Shown here piece by piece: positions 27,254 to 38,272 of a stretch of 64,000 nucleotides of DNA. This DNA is from Sphagnum compactum (lineage: Eukaryota). Under the pieces are notes generated by a model. The model saw only the letters and a program-made list of their open reading frames with translations, was not told the origin of the DNA and ran no database searches. The DNA is taken from assembly GCA_965153455.1 (NCBI GenBank), contig OZ234494.1, positions 2,170,001-2,234,000 on the forward strand. The letters run 5' to 3'. The translations under genes and the position numbers were made by a program. Position 1 is the stretch's first letter, and every line of letters starts with the position of its first letter.

Positions 27254-30200
27254 GAGCCGTGCGACTGGATCTCACCCAACACCACCTTTGCAAAGGCTCC
27301 TGTTCCGCTGTTGGTCCCAGTCCCAGTTTCACTCAGTATGTGGACATCATTCGTATTCCAGAAGACATACCACAAGTGTCAGCTTTGGTGGACTCCGGCG
27401 CCACCTCTTCTTTCATCGACCAAACATTTGTCGTCCAACACAACATCCCTGTGGTCAAGAAGTCAACCCCTGTTCCGGTAGAGGTTATTGATGGGAGAAC
27501 CATTGCTTCTGGTGCAATCACACACGAGACAACCCCTCTAGAACTCTGTATCGGTAAGCACACGGAGAAGATTGTTTTCAACATCATTTCCACCCCTTAC
27601 CATCCCATCATCCTTGGTCTGCCTTGGCTAGAAGCACACAACCCTATCATTGATTGGCGATCTAGAACCCTCACCTTTAGCGCACAACGATGCACCTCTC
27701 AAGAACCCCACGCTCAGAAAAACACTTTGTCCAGTCCTGCCAAGAACCCTGTGGTCGAGAACCCAAAGAGGGTCGGAACCAATTCCAGTTTTATCAAGTC
27801 TGTTATGTCAAATCCTGCAGTCAAGAACCTCCGATTGGTCAGAACGAAACCTTGTCCTGTCAAGAATCTTGTCAAGAATTCTGCCCAGAAAACCAACCCT
27901 GTCCAGATCTTCGTTGATAGAGCTGTCCCTTTCTATCGGGCTGCTAAGAATCTTCAAGTCTTTGCCATCCATGTCAACCCAGCCAACACCACAAACCCCC
28001 AATCGGAACCAACACCTGTCAAACTTCCCAAGAAGTACAAGGACTTTGTTGATGTTTTTGAAAAGATTAATGCTGATCAGCTCCCCGCCCATAGTCCATA
28101 TGACTGCCCGATTGATCTAGAAGAAGGACACTCACCACCCTTTGGTCCTATCTATGGCCTATCAGAACCGGAACTCCAAGCCCTGCGTGATTACCTTACT
28201 GAAAATCTTGTCAAGGGGTTCATTCAGCATTCCAAGTCTCCAGCCGGCGCCCCAATTTTGTTTGTCAAGAAGAAGGATGGCTCCCTTCGACTTTGTGTGG
28301 ATTATCGTGGACTCAACAAGATAACCAAAAAGAATCGATATCCTTTGCCCTTGATTTCAGGTCTCCTAGATCGACTACGTACCGGGAAGATCTTCACCAA
28401 GCTTGACCTCCGTGGAGCCTACAACTTACTCAGGATTCGCCCTGGTGATGAATGGAAGACAGCTTTCCGCACACGCTATGGCCACTTCGAATACACGGTC
28501 ATGCCCTTCGGCCTCACCAATGCACCCGCAGTCTTTCAACATCTGATGAATGATATCTTCCGGGATTACATGGACGAATTTGTCGTGGTCTATTTGGATG
28601 ACATTTTAATCTTTTCCAAGGACCAGGAAACCCACGACAAACATGTACGATTGGTGCTTGCGACGCTGCGGGAGCATGGCTTATACGCCAAGTTGGAAAA
28701 ATGTGAATTCGACAAATCTTCAGTGGCGTTCCTCGGCTACGTGATCTCTCCAGATGGCATTTTCATGGACAAGTCAAAGGTCGAGACCATCCAGTGTTGG
28801 GCTACTCCATCCTCGGTCAAGGACGTTCAACGCTTCCTAGGGTTTGCCAACTTCTATCGTCGGTTTATCAAAGGCTACTCCAAGATCACAACACCGTTAA
28901 TAACCCTGACTTGCAAAGACAAGCCCTTCTCGTGGAATCCAACGGCCCAGGCTGCTTTTGATACTCTCAAGATGGCAATCACCTCTGCACCCATCCTGAT
29001 ACATCCCGATCCTGCCAAGCCATTCATTGTGGAAACGGACGCTTCAGATTTTGCCTTGGGAGCTATTCTATCTCAATTTGGAATAGATGGGTTGCTGCAT
29101 CCAGTTGCTTTCTATTCACGGAAGTTAACCAGTGCCGAAATCAACTACCAGGTCTACGATAAGGAACTCCTGGCAATCATCACGGCATTCGAGCAGTGGA
29201 GACCGTATCTTGCCGGAGCTCAACATCGAGTCCAAGTTCTGACAGATCACAAGAATCTCCTTTATTTCACAACTACTCAGACCTTAAATCGTCGCCAGGC
29301 ACGCTGGTCTATCTTCCTAGCTGATTTCAACTTTGAGATTCAGTATCAACCCGGCACCCAGCAAGGGAAAGCTGACGCGCTATCTCGTCGTTCAGAATAT
29401 GAACTTCGAGCGGGGGATGAGGCCTACGGCCAGCAGAACTAGACTTTATTCAACCCTAAGCAATTTCGAGTTGCAGCAACAATCAGCACCCTCCCAGACT
29501 CATACCTTGTTAGGGACATCAAGATAGCAACTGAGGAAGACACTTGGGCTACCAACATCAAGAAGGAACTCCAAGAACGACCAAGGAACCCAAATCGTGA
29601 TGACTTGGATCAATTTGAGCAACAAGACGGACTTCTCCTTCGAAATAACCTGATTTATGTACCCGAAGGACCTATACGCCTAAAAATCCTGAGGGAATGC
29701 CACGACAACACCCTGGCAGGTCACTTTGGAATGGCACGGACTCACGAACTAGTGTTAAGGACTTACTGGTGGCCCAAAATGAACAAGATGCTACGGGAGT
29801 ATGTCAAGTCTTGTGATACATGTGCTCGATCCAAGGCTCCCAGGCATCGCCCGTTTGGACTCCTACAGCCTCTATCGATTCCTAGCCGACCTTGGGGATC
29901 TATTGCAATGGACTTCATCATGGACCTCCCTATTGTCAGAACCAAGAATTCAATACTGGTTGTGGTCGATCGACTCACCAAAATGGCCCATTTCACCCCT
30001 TGTTCCAAGTCAATCACGGCAGAAGAGACAGCTCAGTTAATTCTAGACGGGATCGTCCGACTGCATGGACTCCCCGAGGAAATTGTGTCCGACAGAGGTC
30101 CTCAGTTTGCATCCAAGTTCTGGCATTGTCTATTCGAGCTTCTTGGAGTTGACATTCGGCTATCTTCAGCTTTCCACCCTAAGACAGATGGACAAACCGA

Positions 30201-30984
30201 ACGGACAAACCAGACACTCGAGCAATACCTTCGCTGCACTGTGAACTACCAACAAGACGACTGGCTGGACCTACTATCTCAAGCAGAGTTTGCTTATAAT
30301 AACACAACACATGCATCGACCGGGATCAGTCCATTCTTTGCCAATTACGGTTTTCATCCCAGGTTCAGCCTTGAAATTCCTGGAGACTCCGTAAACCCCT
30401 CGGCTGAAGAAAGGGCCACGAGGCTTGGACAGGTTCAACAGAACCTTATGGCAGAACTCAAGCTAACACAGGAGTGGCAAAAGAAGCAAGCAGACCGCTG
30501 ACGCAAGGACCATCCAAACTTCAAGGTTGGAGACAAGGTCTGGCTTCTCAGAAAGAACATTGCTACCACTCGCCCATGTGCCAAGTTGGATTACAAGCGC
30601 CTCGGACCTTTCAAAATCGCCAAATTGGTTGGTCTAGTGGCTTGCCAGTTGGAGCTTCCACCCCAGTTCAAAATCCACAATGTTTTCCATGTCTCCCTGC
30701 TTGAGCCCTATCATGAAAACCCGATCCCAGAACGTCATCAAGAACCCCCAGCTCCAGTCGAAATTGAAGGCCAAGAAGAGTTTGAAGTTCAGGAGGTCTT
30801 GGACTCCAAGAAGATTCGTGGAAAGCTCCTGTACCTTGTCTTTTGGCGAGGTTATCCTCCTTCTGAAGCTACTTGGGAGCCTGCTGGAAACCTAGTTCAT
30901 GCCCAAGACTTAGTTAATCGATTTCACCAACGATATCCTAACAAACCGGCTCCATCTAGAAGATGTCGCTTGAGGAGAGGATAA
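27226..30984 (+). pseudogene. pol: Retrotransposon pol (protease, RT, RNase H, integrase, chromodomain), two in-frame stops
   Basis: ALVDSGAT (PR), YLDDILIFS (RT), ETDASDFALG/DKELLAI (RNase H), HDNTLAGH...CDTC, MDFI, SDRGPQF, GQTERTNQ (IN), GPF motif, EEFEVQEVLDSK...YLVFWRGYPPSEATWEP (chromodomain). Stops TAG at 29440 and TGA at 30499. Confidence 0.95.
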
Positions 30985-31251
30985 TGTCATGGCCTAGGAT
31001 ATTTTGGGATACTTTTGGCAATGTCATGTCCTAGGATATTTTGGGATACTTTTGGCAATATCATGGCCTAGGATATTTTGGGATACTTTTGGCAATATCA
31101 TGGCCTAGGATATTTTGGGACTAGTATGGCTCAGGGTTATAAAAGGAGATAGTCTGGGGAACAACCCTTTAGCAGATCAACACCAGTTGATGGATCAATA
31201 AAGCTTGTCTTGTCTTGTAATTCTCCACTTGTTTGTAGTCGGTCCATAACA
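30985..31251 (+). repeat. 3' LTR
   Basis: Same length as the 5' LTR; about 2 substitutions by eye. Confidence 0.95.
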
Positions 31252-33967
31252 ACGGCCTCGCTATATTTAGGTACTGTCAGTGGCTACTGTCCGTCCGGAT
31301 GTGCCCCATGCCTAATGCACAGGTGTGTGTTTAAAATAAATCAAACATGCACCTAAAACTGCTGGGTCTTTGCTGGTCCTAACCCACCAAAAAAGAAAAA
31401 AGAAAAAGAAAAAATGGCAACTCTCGTGACCCTTCTCTCTCTCTCTCCTTACCCCCCCCTCCGCGCCCACCTTTGGTGGCAACTTCACTATTGAATAATT
31501 ATTTTATTTTTGAATATTCAATGCTTAAAATGGACATTGCACAAATATTATTCTAAAATATTTTATATTATTTTCCCTTTTGTGTTTTCGGGGGGGGGGG
31601 GGAGGATTGGGGAAAATTTCAACATTTCTGAAAATAATATAATTAGTTCTGAAAATGCAGACAGGAAAACGTCCTGAAGAATTTACCAAAAACAAAAAAA
31701 AACAGAATTCCAGTACAGAGAGAACTTCATATTTAAAACGGCCTCCTGTCATGCTTCAAGGACCCCCTCTTTCTCTGTGTGTCTCTCTAGCTCTCTCTTC
31801 TGCGTAACTCTCTGTTGTTTGCTGCTTTTTAGAAGAACAGAGGTCAGAGATACCCTAATTGGCATGCTTCTATTTTTAAACAGACGGATAACAGGATGCA
31901 TGAAATGTCCGTCCGACTATTTCGTCCGTCTGGTTGGATGACAGACCGGACGGATTTAGGGGATCCGGGTTCTTATATAGTTTGAGCCCCGTGCATAATG
32001 CACAGGTGTGTGTATTTGACGGTACATATATATATATAAGATAATTTTTCATTTTTCTATTTTATTATTATTATTATAAACAAAAAGAAACACCGAAAAC
32101 AGAGAACGAAAAAAAAATGAAAAGAAAAACACCCCGTCCTTTGTACAGTAAATCTTGGGGGTGCCCCCCCTGGGGCCGGGCAAGTTTGTGCCCCGTGCCT
32201 AATGCACAGGTGTGTGTTTAAAATAAATCAAACATGCACCTAAAACTGCTGGGTCTTTGCCGGTCCTAACCCACCCCATCCGGCTTAAATAGACATCCAT
32301 CCCCGTCCGGCTTAAATAGACGGCTGATAGGATGGATGAATTAAAAAATTAAAACTTTATAGATATATATATATTATACTTTATTTTTCATTTTTCTATC
32401 TTATTATTATTCTTATAAAGAAAAAAAAAACACCGAAAACAGAGAACGAAAAAAAAAATGAAAAGAAAAAGACCACGTCCTCTATACAGTAAATCTTGGG
32501 GGTGCCCCCCCTGGGGCCGGGCATGAGGGGGGGGGGTTATTTATTTCTGCCAGGGTTTTCTTCCCTGTATGATGCCATCTTCCCTGTATGAAGGGACGGA
32601 TGGATGGACGGGTCGGACGGATGGAGGAAATGTCCGTCCGATCTAGACAGATTTGTGCGTGCATGCACGTCTGTCTGTTTTCTTTGAGAATCTAAATAGC
32701 CAGAATTGCCATCCTTACTATCTCGCTCGCTGTCTTTCTTGATCATCTGCTCTCTTGCGTGCGCGCCTGCACGTGTGTCGGTTCTCTTTGTGAATAGAAT
32801 AGTAAGAAAGGCCTAATGCACACGTGTGTCTTTAAAATAAATCAAACATGCACCTAAAATTGCTTGGTCTTTGCCGGTCCTAACCCACCCCATCCGGCTT
32901 AAATAGACATCCATCCCCGTCCGGCTTAAATAGACGGCTGACGGGATGGATGAATTAAGAAATTAAAATCTTATATATATATAAGATAATTTTTCATTTT
33001 TCTATTTTATTATTTTTATTATAAACAAAAAGAAACACCGAAAACAGAGAACGAAAAAGTTAATGAAAAGAAAAACACCCCGTCCTCTATACAGTAAATC
33101 TTGGGGGTGCCCCCCCTTGGGCTGGGCAAGTTTGTGCCCCATGCCTAATGCACAGGTGTGTGTTTAAAATAAATCAAACATGCACCTAAAACTGCTGGGT
33201 CTTTGCCGGTCCTAACCCACCCCATCGGGCTTCAATAGACATCCATCCCCGTCCGGCTTAAATAGACGGCTGATGGGATGGATGAATTAAGAAATTAAAA
33301 CTTTATATATATATATATAAGATTTTTTATTATTTTATTATTTTATTATTATTATTATAAACCAAAAAAAACACCGAAAACAAAGAATGAAAAAGAAAAT
33401 GAAAAGAAAAAAACCACGTCTTCTGTACAGTAAATCTTGGGGGTGCCCCCCCTGGGCCGGGCATGAGGGGGCGGGGGGGGGTTATTTATTTCTGCCAGGG
33501 TTTTCTTCCTTGTATGATGCCATCTTCCCTGCCATCTTCCCTGTATGACGGGACGGATGGATGGACGGGTCGAATGGATGGAGGAAATGTCTGTCCGGTC
33601 CTGCGGAGTCTAATTTGCGGGTAGCTGGGAGCTCCTCTAGCGCTAGTCAGCGCCACGTCGTGAGAAGCTGGTGATGTGTTGCTCTTTGCGGCTAGCTAGC
33701 ATGCAACTGCTGATCATATGCTGATTTCAATTTAGAAACATGGGTTGTAATGATTAAATCCACAAAGGGTTGCAAGCTGCAGATGAAGAGCAGCTGAGCA
33801 CATAATTTCTATAATTTACCCATCATAATTGCGACCGGACAGATGGACAGACGGATTTTAAACTGATTTTGCTGTATTTTAGAGGTCGGTAGAATAAGAA
33901 GGAAAACAATCTTCAAACAATCTGCTTCGATGATGCGGGTGTGAAATTTAAAATCATTTCTTCTTAC

Positions 33968-34090
33968 TCTGATCTTGAAGGACCCTTGTACACCCATCTT
34001 GACTCGATTGAAGTCTAAGTTCACTGCTCGAAGAAAATGGTCTGCAGGATTCTTGAGCTTTGGACATGGGAAGCCTGAAGCTGCAAAATG
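33968..34090 (-). pseudogene. Captured single exon of an ABCG (WBC/ABCG11-like) half transporter
   Basis: HFAASGFPCPKLKNPADHFLRAVNLDFNRVK matches the ABCG GFPCP..NP.DHFL motif. Intact AG and GT splice sites. No other ABCG exons in the window. Confidence 0.8.
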
Positions 34091-34199
34091 CTGCAACCAA
34101 AAGAAGAAGACACACAGATACATAGAAATCATAAAAAGAAAACCATAAGGAAGGAAAAAATCATCCTCTAACTACTGCGGAAAAAGAAAAAAAGCAAAT

Positions 34200-34722
34200 C
34201 CCAGAAATCTCAGAAAGTCTCTTGCTACTGCAAAGTGTTCTTTTGCTGCTGCAAAGAAGGTCTCTTATTGTTGCAAAGAATTATCTGGGTGCTGCAAAGA
34301 ATTCTCTTATTGCAGCAAAGCAAGTCTCTTGCTGCTGCAAAGAAATCTTAGAAATCTCTTGCTATTGCAAAGAAAGCCTCTTGTTGCTGTAAAGAATTTT
34401 CTTGTTAGTGCAAACAAAATTTCTTGCTGCTGCAAACAAAGTCTCTTGCTGTTGCAAACAAAGCCCCTTGCTGCTGCAAAGAAATCTCAGAAATCTCTTG
34501 CTGCTGCAAAGGAAGTCTCTTGTTGCTGCAAACAAAATTTCTTGCTGCTGTAAACAAAGTCTCTTGCTGTTGCAAACAAATTCTTTTGCAGCTGCAAAGA
34601 ATGCATCTACCTGCTGCAAAGAATTCTCTGGGTGCTGCAAAAAAATTATCTTGTTGCTGAAAAGAAATCTCGAAAACTTCTTGCCGAAGCAATGACAGCG
34701 TCTCTTGTTGCTGCTGCAAAGA
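34200..34722. repeat. Degenerate ~21-bp minisatellite (CTCTTGCTGCTGCAAAGAAAT-like)
   Basis: Roughly 20 variably spaced copies of TCTTG(C/T)TGCTGCAAA. Confidence 0.85.
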
Positions 34723-36364
34723 GATTATTATAAACAAAAAGAAACACCGAAAACAGAGAACGAAAAAAAAAATGAAAAGAAAACCCCGTCCTCTGTACAG
34801 TAAATCTTGGGGCCGGACGGATTTAGGGGAAGCTTCATTCGCACGGCTTCAGGGGAAGCTTCATTGTTCCTTTACTATAGATAATTAGTTTGAGCCCCGT
34901 GCATAATGCACAGGTGTGTGTATGGTTAGCCGAGTGCTTAGAGGGGGTTCCAAAAGTTTTATATTTTTCTCTCTGACCTGTAACCAAATGTGGCTAAAGT
35001 CCTCTTGTGGATGACTCGCAAGTCCACTTACCTCACAAAATTGAAATTAACCACAGGTTATTGGTAAAATCAGGCGATTAGGGGGCAAGAACAGCCACTT
35101 TTGGAATGTGTAACAGGGAATGAAATTTTACAAAACCAAATAATTGTGTTCAGAGAGTTCAAGCCAGCACTATCTCATGTTGGGTAGCAGGAGAGGCTTC
35201 TTCTAGGCTTGGTGTCTTTCAATCTGGTAGAAAATTTATTCATACTTGCAAGTTCACTAAATTTTGCCTTTGTGAACTCTGAGGGCATTCTTACTGTTTT
35301 CATGGCTACCTGTTTAGGTTATGGATTTCACATGTTACAACTTGGTAGATGGGCATGTTCGGACCAATAATCTGACTAAGAGCTTCTTGGATTGGTGGTG
35401 CAGATTCATGAGCTCCTGGAATTTGTATTTGAAGATTTGAATGTAGAAATGGGTTTGCGTTTCTCCAGTAGTTTGCTTTGCAAGGGCTAATCCTGTGCAG
35501 TGATTGCAGAAAATATTCTCTCAAGTATATAGTCTTTCAATGTTGTGAGATGCAACTTCTCAAATTCATGTTTCAAAATTCTACAGTTTGTTCTTTCTCT
35601 TTTCCCCCAGAAATGGAAACACTACAATCTTCACTTTCACCTTAGATGTGTAAGGTATGTCATGTCATCTGATTTGAATCACTTTTGAATCACAAAAGTT
35701 GGGCAGCCCTCAGAGTCATAAGGTAACAATGCAAAGCATGCACAACCCCAATGCAATGCAACAATCATACTTTAACATTATAGACTTGTTGAACAAATAC
35801 AGATAAATCGGGATCCAGTAGACACTTAATGTGGTTCCCTTCCTTTTTGCACAGAGTTACAGCTTTGCTCTACCACTAAAACAACTCGTTTGCTTCTATA
35901 GGTCCAAGATACATTGAGAAAGAAATGGACTGGTATGTGATTGATCAATACGTGAATGTATTTTCACTCTTACCCCAATTGCTCCACTGACTCAGATGCA
36001 GGGATTCTATTTGTCTCATCCTGTTCTGCAAGTTCAGTTGTTTTCACGTTTTGACCTTCCTCAACATGTTGGATCTTGTATGCTGCAAGCTCCTTCTTCT
36101 GGTTGATTGCAGTGTCATACGCTCGCTTGAGGTGTGGTTGATTCGAAATCCAGGTGTGGCGATGGGATCCGTGGATTGTAGGAGATGGATATCTGCAAAA
36201 ACACAGCAGGATCAACCTGGATTTCTCCAAGCACTCGGATCCGAGAGAAGAAGAAGAAGCACAGCCACCACCACTCCTTCCATCTCTCTTCACCTGGCTG
36301 GCTGTGAGATCCACCAAACCACAACTGTTGCTCCATTCCCTTCAAGAGCGCGCCTGCTCTTTTG

Positions 36365-36616
36365 CTACACCCACGCCTTTTCAAGTTTTGACTTGGAGAA
36401 GAGTTTAGAAGTTGTGGAAGCATGTGGACCCAGTGATCTACAACCGAGCCTAGGGCGCCAGCCACAAAGAAGATCAGCAACAATGTTCAGCCGATCTTGG
36501 CCCCATAAAATGGCAACAGATTTGCCTTCAGGATCAAGAACTTGAAATGTTGGTGCTCCAATGCCACCAAGTTCCTGCACCTGCCATCCCTCCCAAATCA
36601 GTTCCAGGCACCATTA
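36365..36616 (-). pseudogene. Captured DsbA/HCCA-isomerase-like exon, copy 2
   Basis: CAG|GTG CAG GAA acceptor at 36581. VQELGGIGAPTFQVLDPEGKSVAILWGQDRLNIVADLL...EKAWV*. Confidence 0.65.
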
Positions 36617-36763
36617 TTTTAGACTCAATGCCCAAATAAAATGCCAGACTCTAGGACCTCTTCATATGGTTCCATTTCTTTGTGAGTGAATCTGCTGGTT
36701 CTGGATGAGGATAATTGCATAGCCTGCTTTCTGACAGATGCAGTAATCTGACAAAGAAATCTC

Positions 36764-37014
36764 ATGGCAGCAAGTGTCTCTTTGATTGAAATTTTTGAAA
36801 ATATGCACAAAGTGCGAGTTGATGAGCTTCCTCTGCTCCCTCAAAGCCCTCATTTAACAGGCACAGATGATGAAGAGAGACTGGTTAAACAGGAGAGGCT
36901 TGAACAGCTGCCGGATACTACAGGCGCCAGTGTTGGAAGTTCAGTGTTCAATCTGGCAACCACTGTCATTGGGGCAGGGATTATGGCACTTCCGGCCACC
37001 ATGCGCGTTTTGGG
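36764..37014 (+). pseudogene. Captured 5' fragment of an amino acid transporter (AVT6/SNAT-like, Aa_trans family)
   Basis: ELPLLP...GASVGSSVFNLATTVIGAGIMALPATMRVLG. Homology stops abruptly at a segment shared with another Helitron unit. Confidence 0.85.
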
Positions 37015-37419
37015 TTCTTGGCCGGCAGACAACAGGCAGGCAGATCATTGGGTTCCTTGATTCTCATCCGCACTGCGACATGGCAGATCGATCGCATCAC
37101 ATCGCATAATCACTTCGTTGGAGATTAGAAAGCCTAAGATCAACTGCTAATGAGATGTGATGCACGGGAGCTCGCAAAGGCGGTTGAGAGGCCATCCCGC
37201 ACCCGCATGCACGCCGACATGTGTCCCACCCTTCGACTTGACGTCCTCGCTAATAGTAGCTACTGTCCGTCCGGAGTCAGGGCAAGGCAAAATCGTGAAA
37301 TTTCTGTTGGGAATTTGGCCTGAAAATGTGTCCCAAACAAAGCTCATAATTAGTGTCAGCTTTTGACTCCCTGTTGCTGAAGAAAAAGGAAAACAGTAGT
37401 GTGCAGAACAGAAGTTTAC

Positions 37420-38272
37420 CTGTGAGATTACCTGAGCTTCAGATGCTTTAACTGCCTCCACTTCCATGAGAGCTGCTTTCAGTTGACTTTGTAACATAGC
37501 TGTGTGTGCCTGGACTTCCTCCAATTCATGTTTCGCTGCGGCTGCTTCTTTTCTTCCCTTCAATGCCATTGCCTTTTCCTCATCTGCTTCCATTGTCACC
37601 TGTCATCACACACCCCCCCCACCCCATCTTCTATTCTCAGATCGGCTATTTATACTTGAAGACCTGGGTACTGCTGTACCTGTTTGAATATGTAAAAGTG
37701 AATAGCCTCTTACCCATCACTGGCATCAGACCTTAGAGAAGGAAAAAGCCTCTCAACTGACCTGATGCAAGGCATCATTTAAGCCAGATATGGACTCTTT
37801 TGCTTTGCTCTCTGCCTGTATGCCAGCTTCTAAGAGAGACTTAGCTTTGGAGAGCTCCAACTCCATCTCTGTAGTAACATCAGCAACAGTCACCTCATAC
37901 TCCTCCTTCACAGCTGCAAGCTCTGTCATGGTGTTTTTCAGCTCTGCCTTCAGGGATGCCAGAGATGCAAACATCCTTTGCTCCTGCTCTATTGCCTTCT
38001 TCACTTTTGCGTTTGACTCCTCCAACTACATTGCATATGACCTTGCCTTCCAACACTTGAAAATCAGTTTTTAATCTCTTGTCCTCTTTGGGTTTTGTTA
38101 CAAATCAGCAGCATAACAATTAACATCAGCCTCAAAGAGACAATGACAAATATTACAGAACTCAATTGATTGAACTGAGTACCTTTTCTGCAGTTTTTGT
38201 TGCATCCTCAAGGTCTATCCTCGATCCTCGCAATTTCAATCTGTAATCCCCAACAGCACCTTTCAATTTCAT
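37420..38272 (-). pseudogene. Captured multi-exon fragment of a WEB-family (WEB1/PMI2-like) coiled-coil gene
   Basis: Exons 38183-38272, 37762-38025 (SLASLKAELKNTMTELAAVKEE...LNDALHQ) and 37432/37420-37599 (VTMEADEEK...LKAALMEVEAVKASEAQ), with GT-AG introns retained. Confidence 0.7.

Larger units (their letters stand above)
25333..31251 (+). mobile_element. Full-length Ty3/gypsy chromovirus LTR retrotransposon (Tf1/sushi/Tcn1-like)
   Basis: 267-bp LTRs 25333-25599 and 30985-31251 (TGTCA...TAACA). TSD ACGGC at 25328-25332 and 31252-31256. PPT GAGGAGAGGATAA at 30972-30984. Domain order gag-PR-RT-RH-IN-chromodomain. Confidence 0.97.

Noticed and set aside
34329-34737. Cys/Gln/Leu-rich ORFs on both strands
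   Set aside because: Translations of a TGC/GCA-rich minisatellite.
35140-35530. Possible captured membrane-protein exon (LFILASSLNFAFVNSEGILTVFMATCLG)
   Set aside because: Only a faint resemblance to GPI ethanolamine-phosphate transferases; cannot be assigned without a search.
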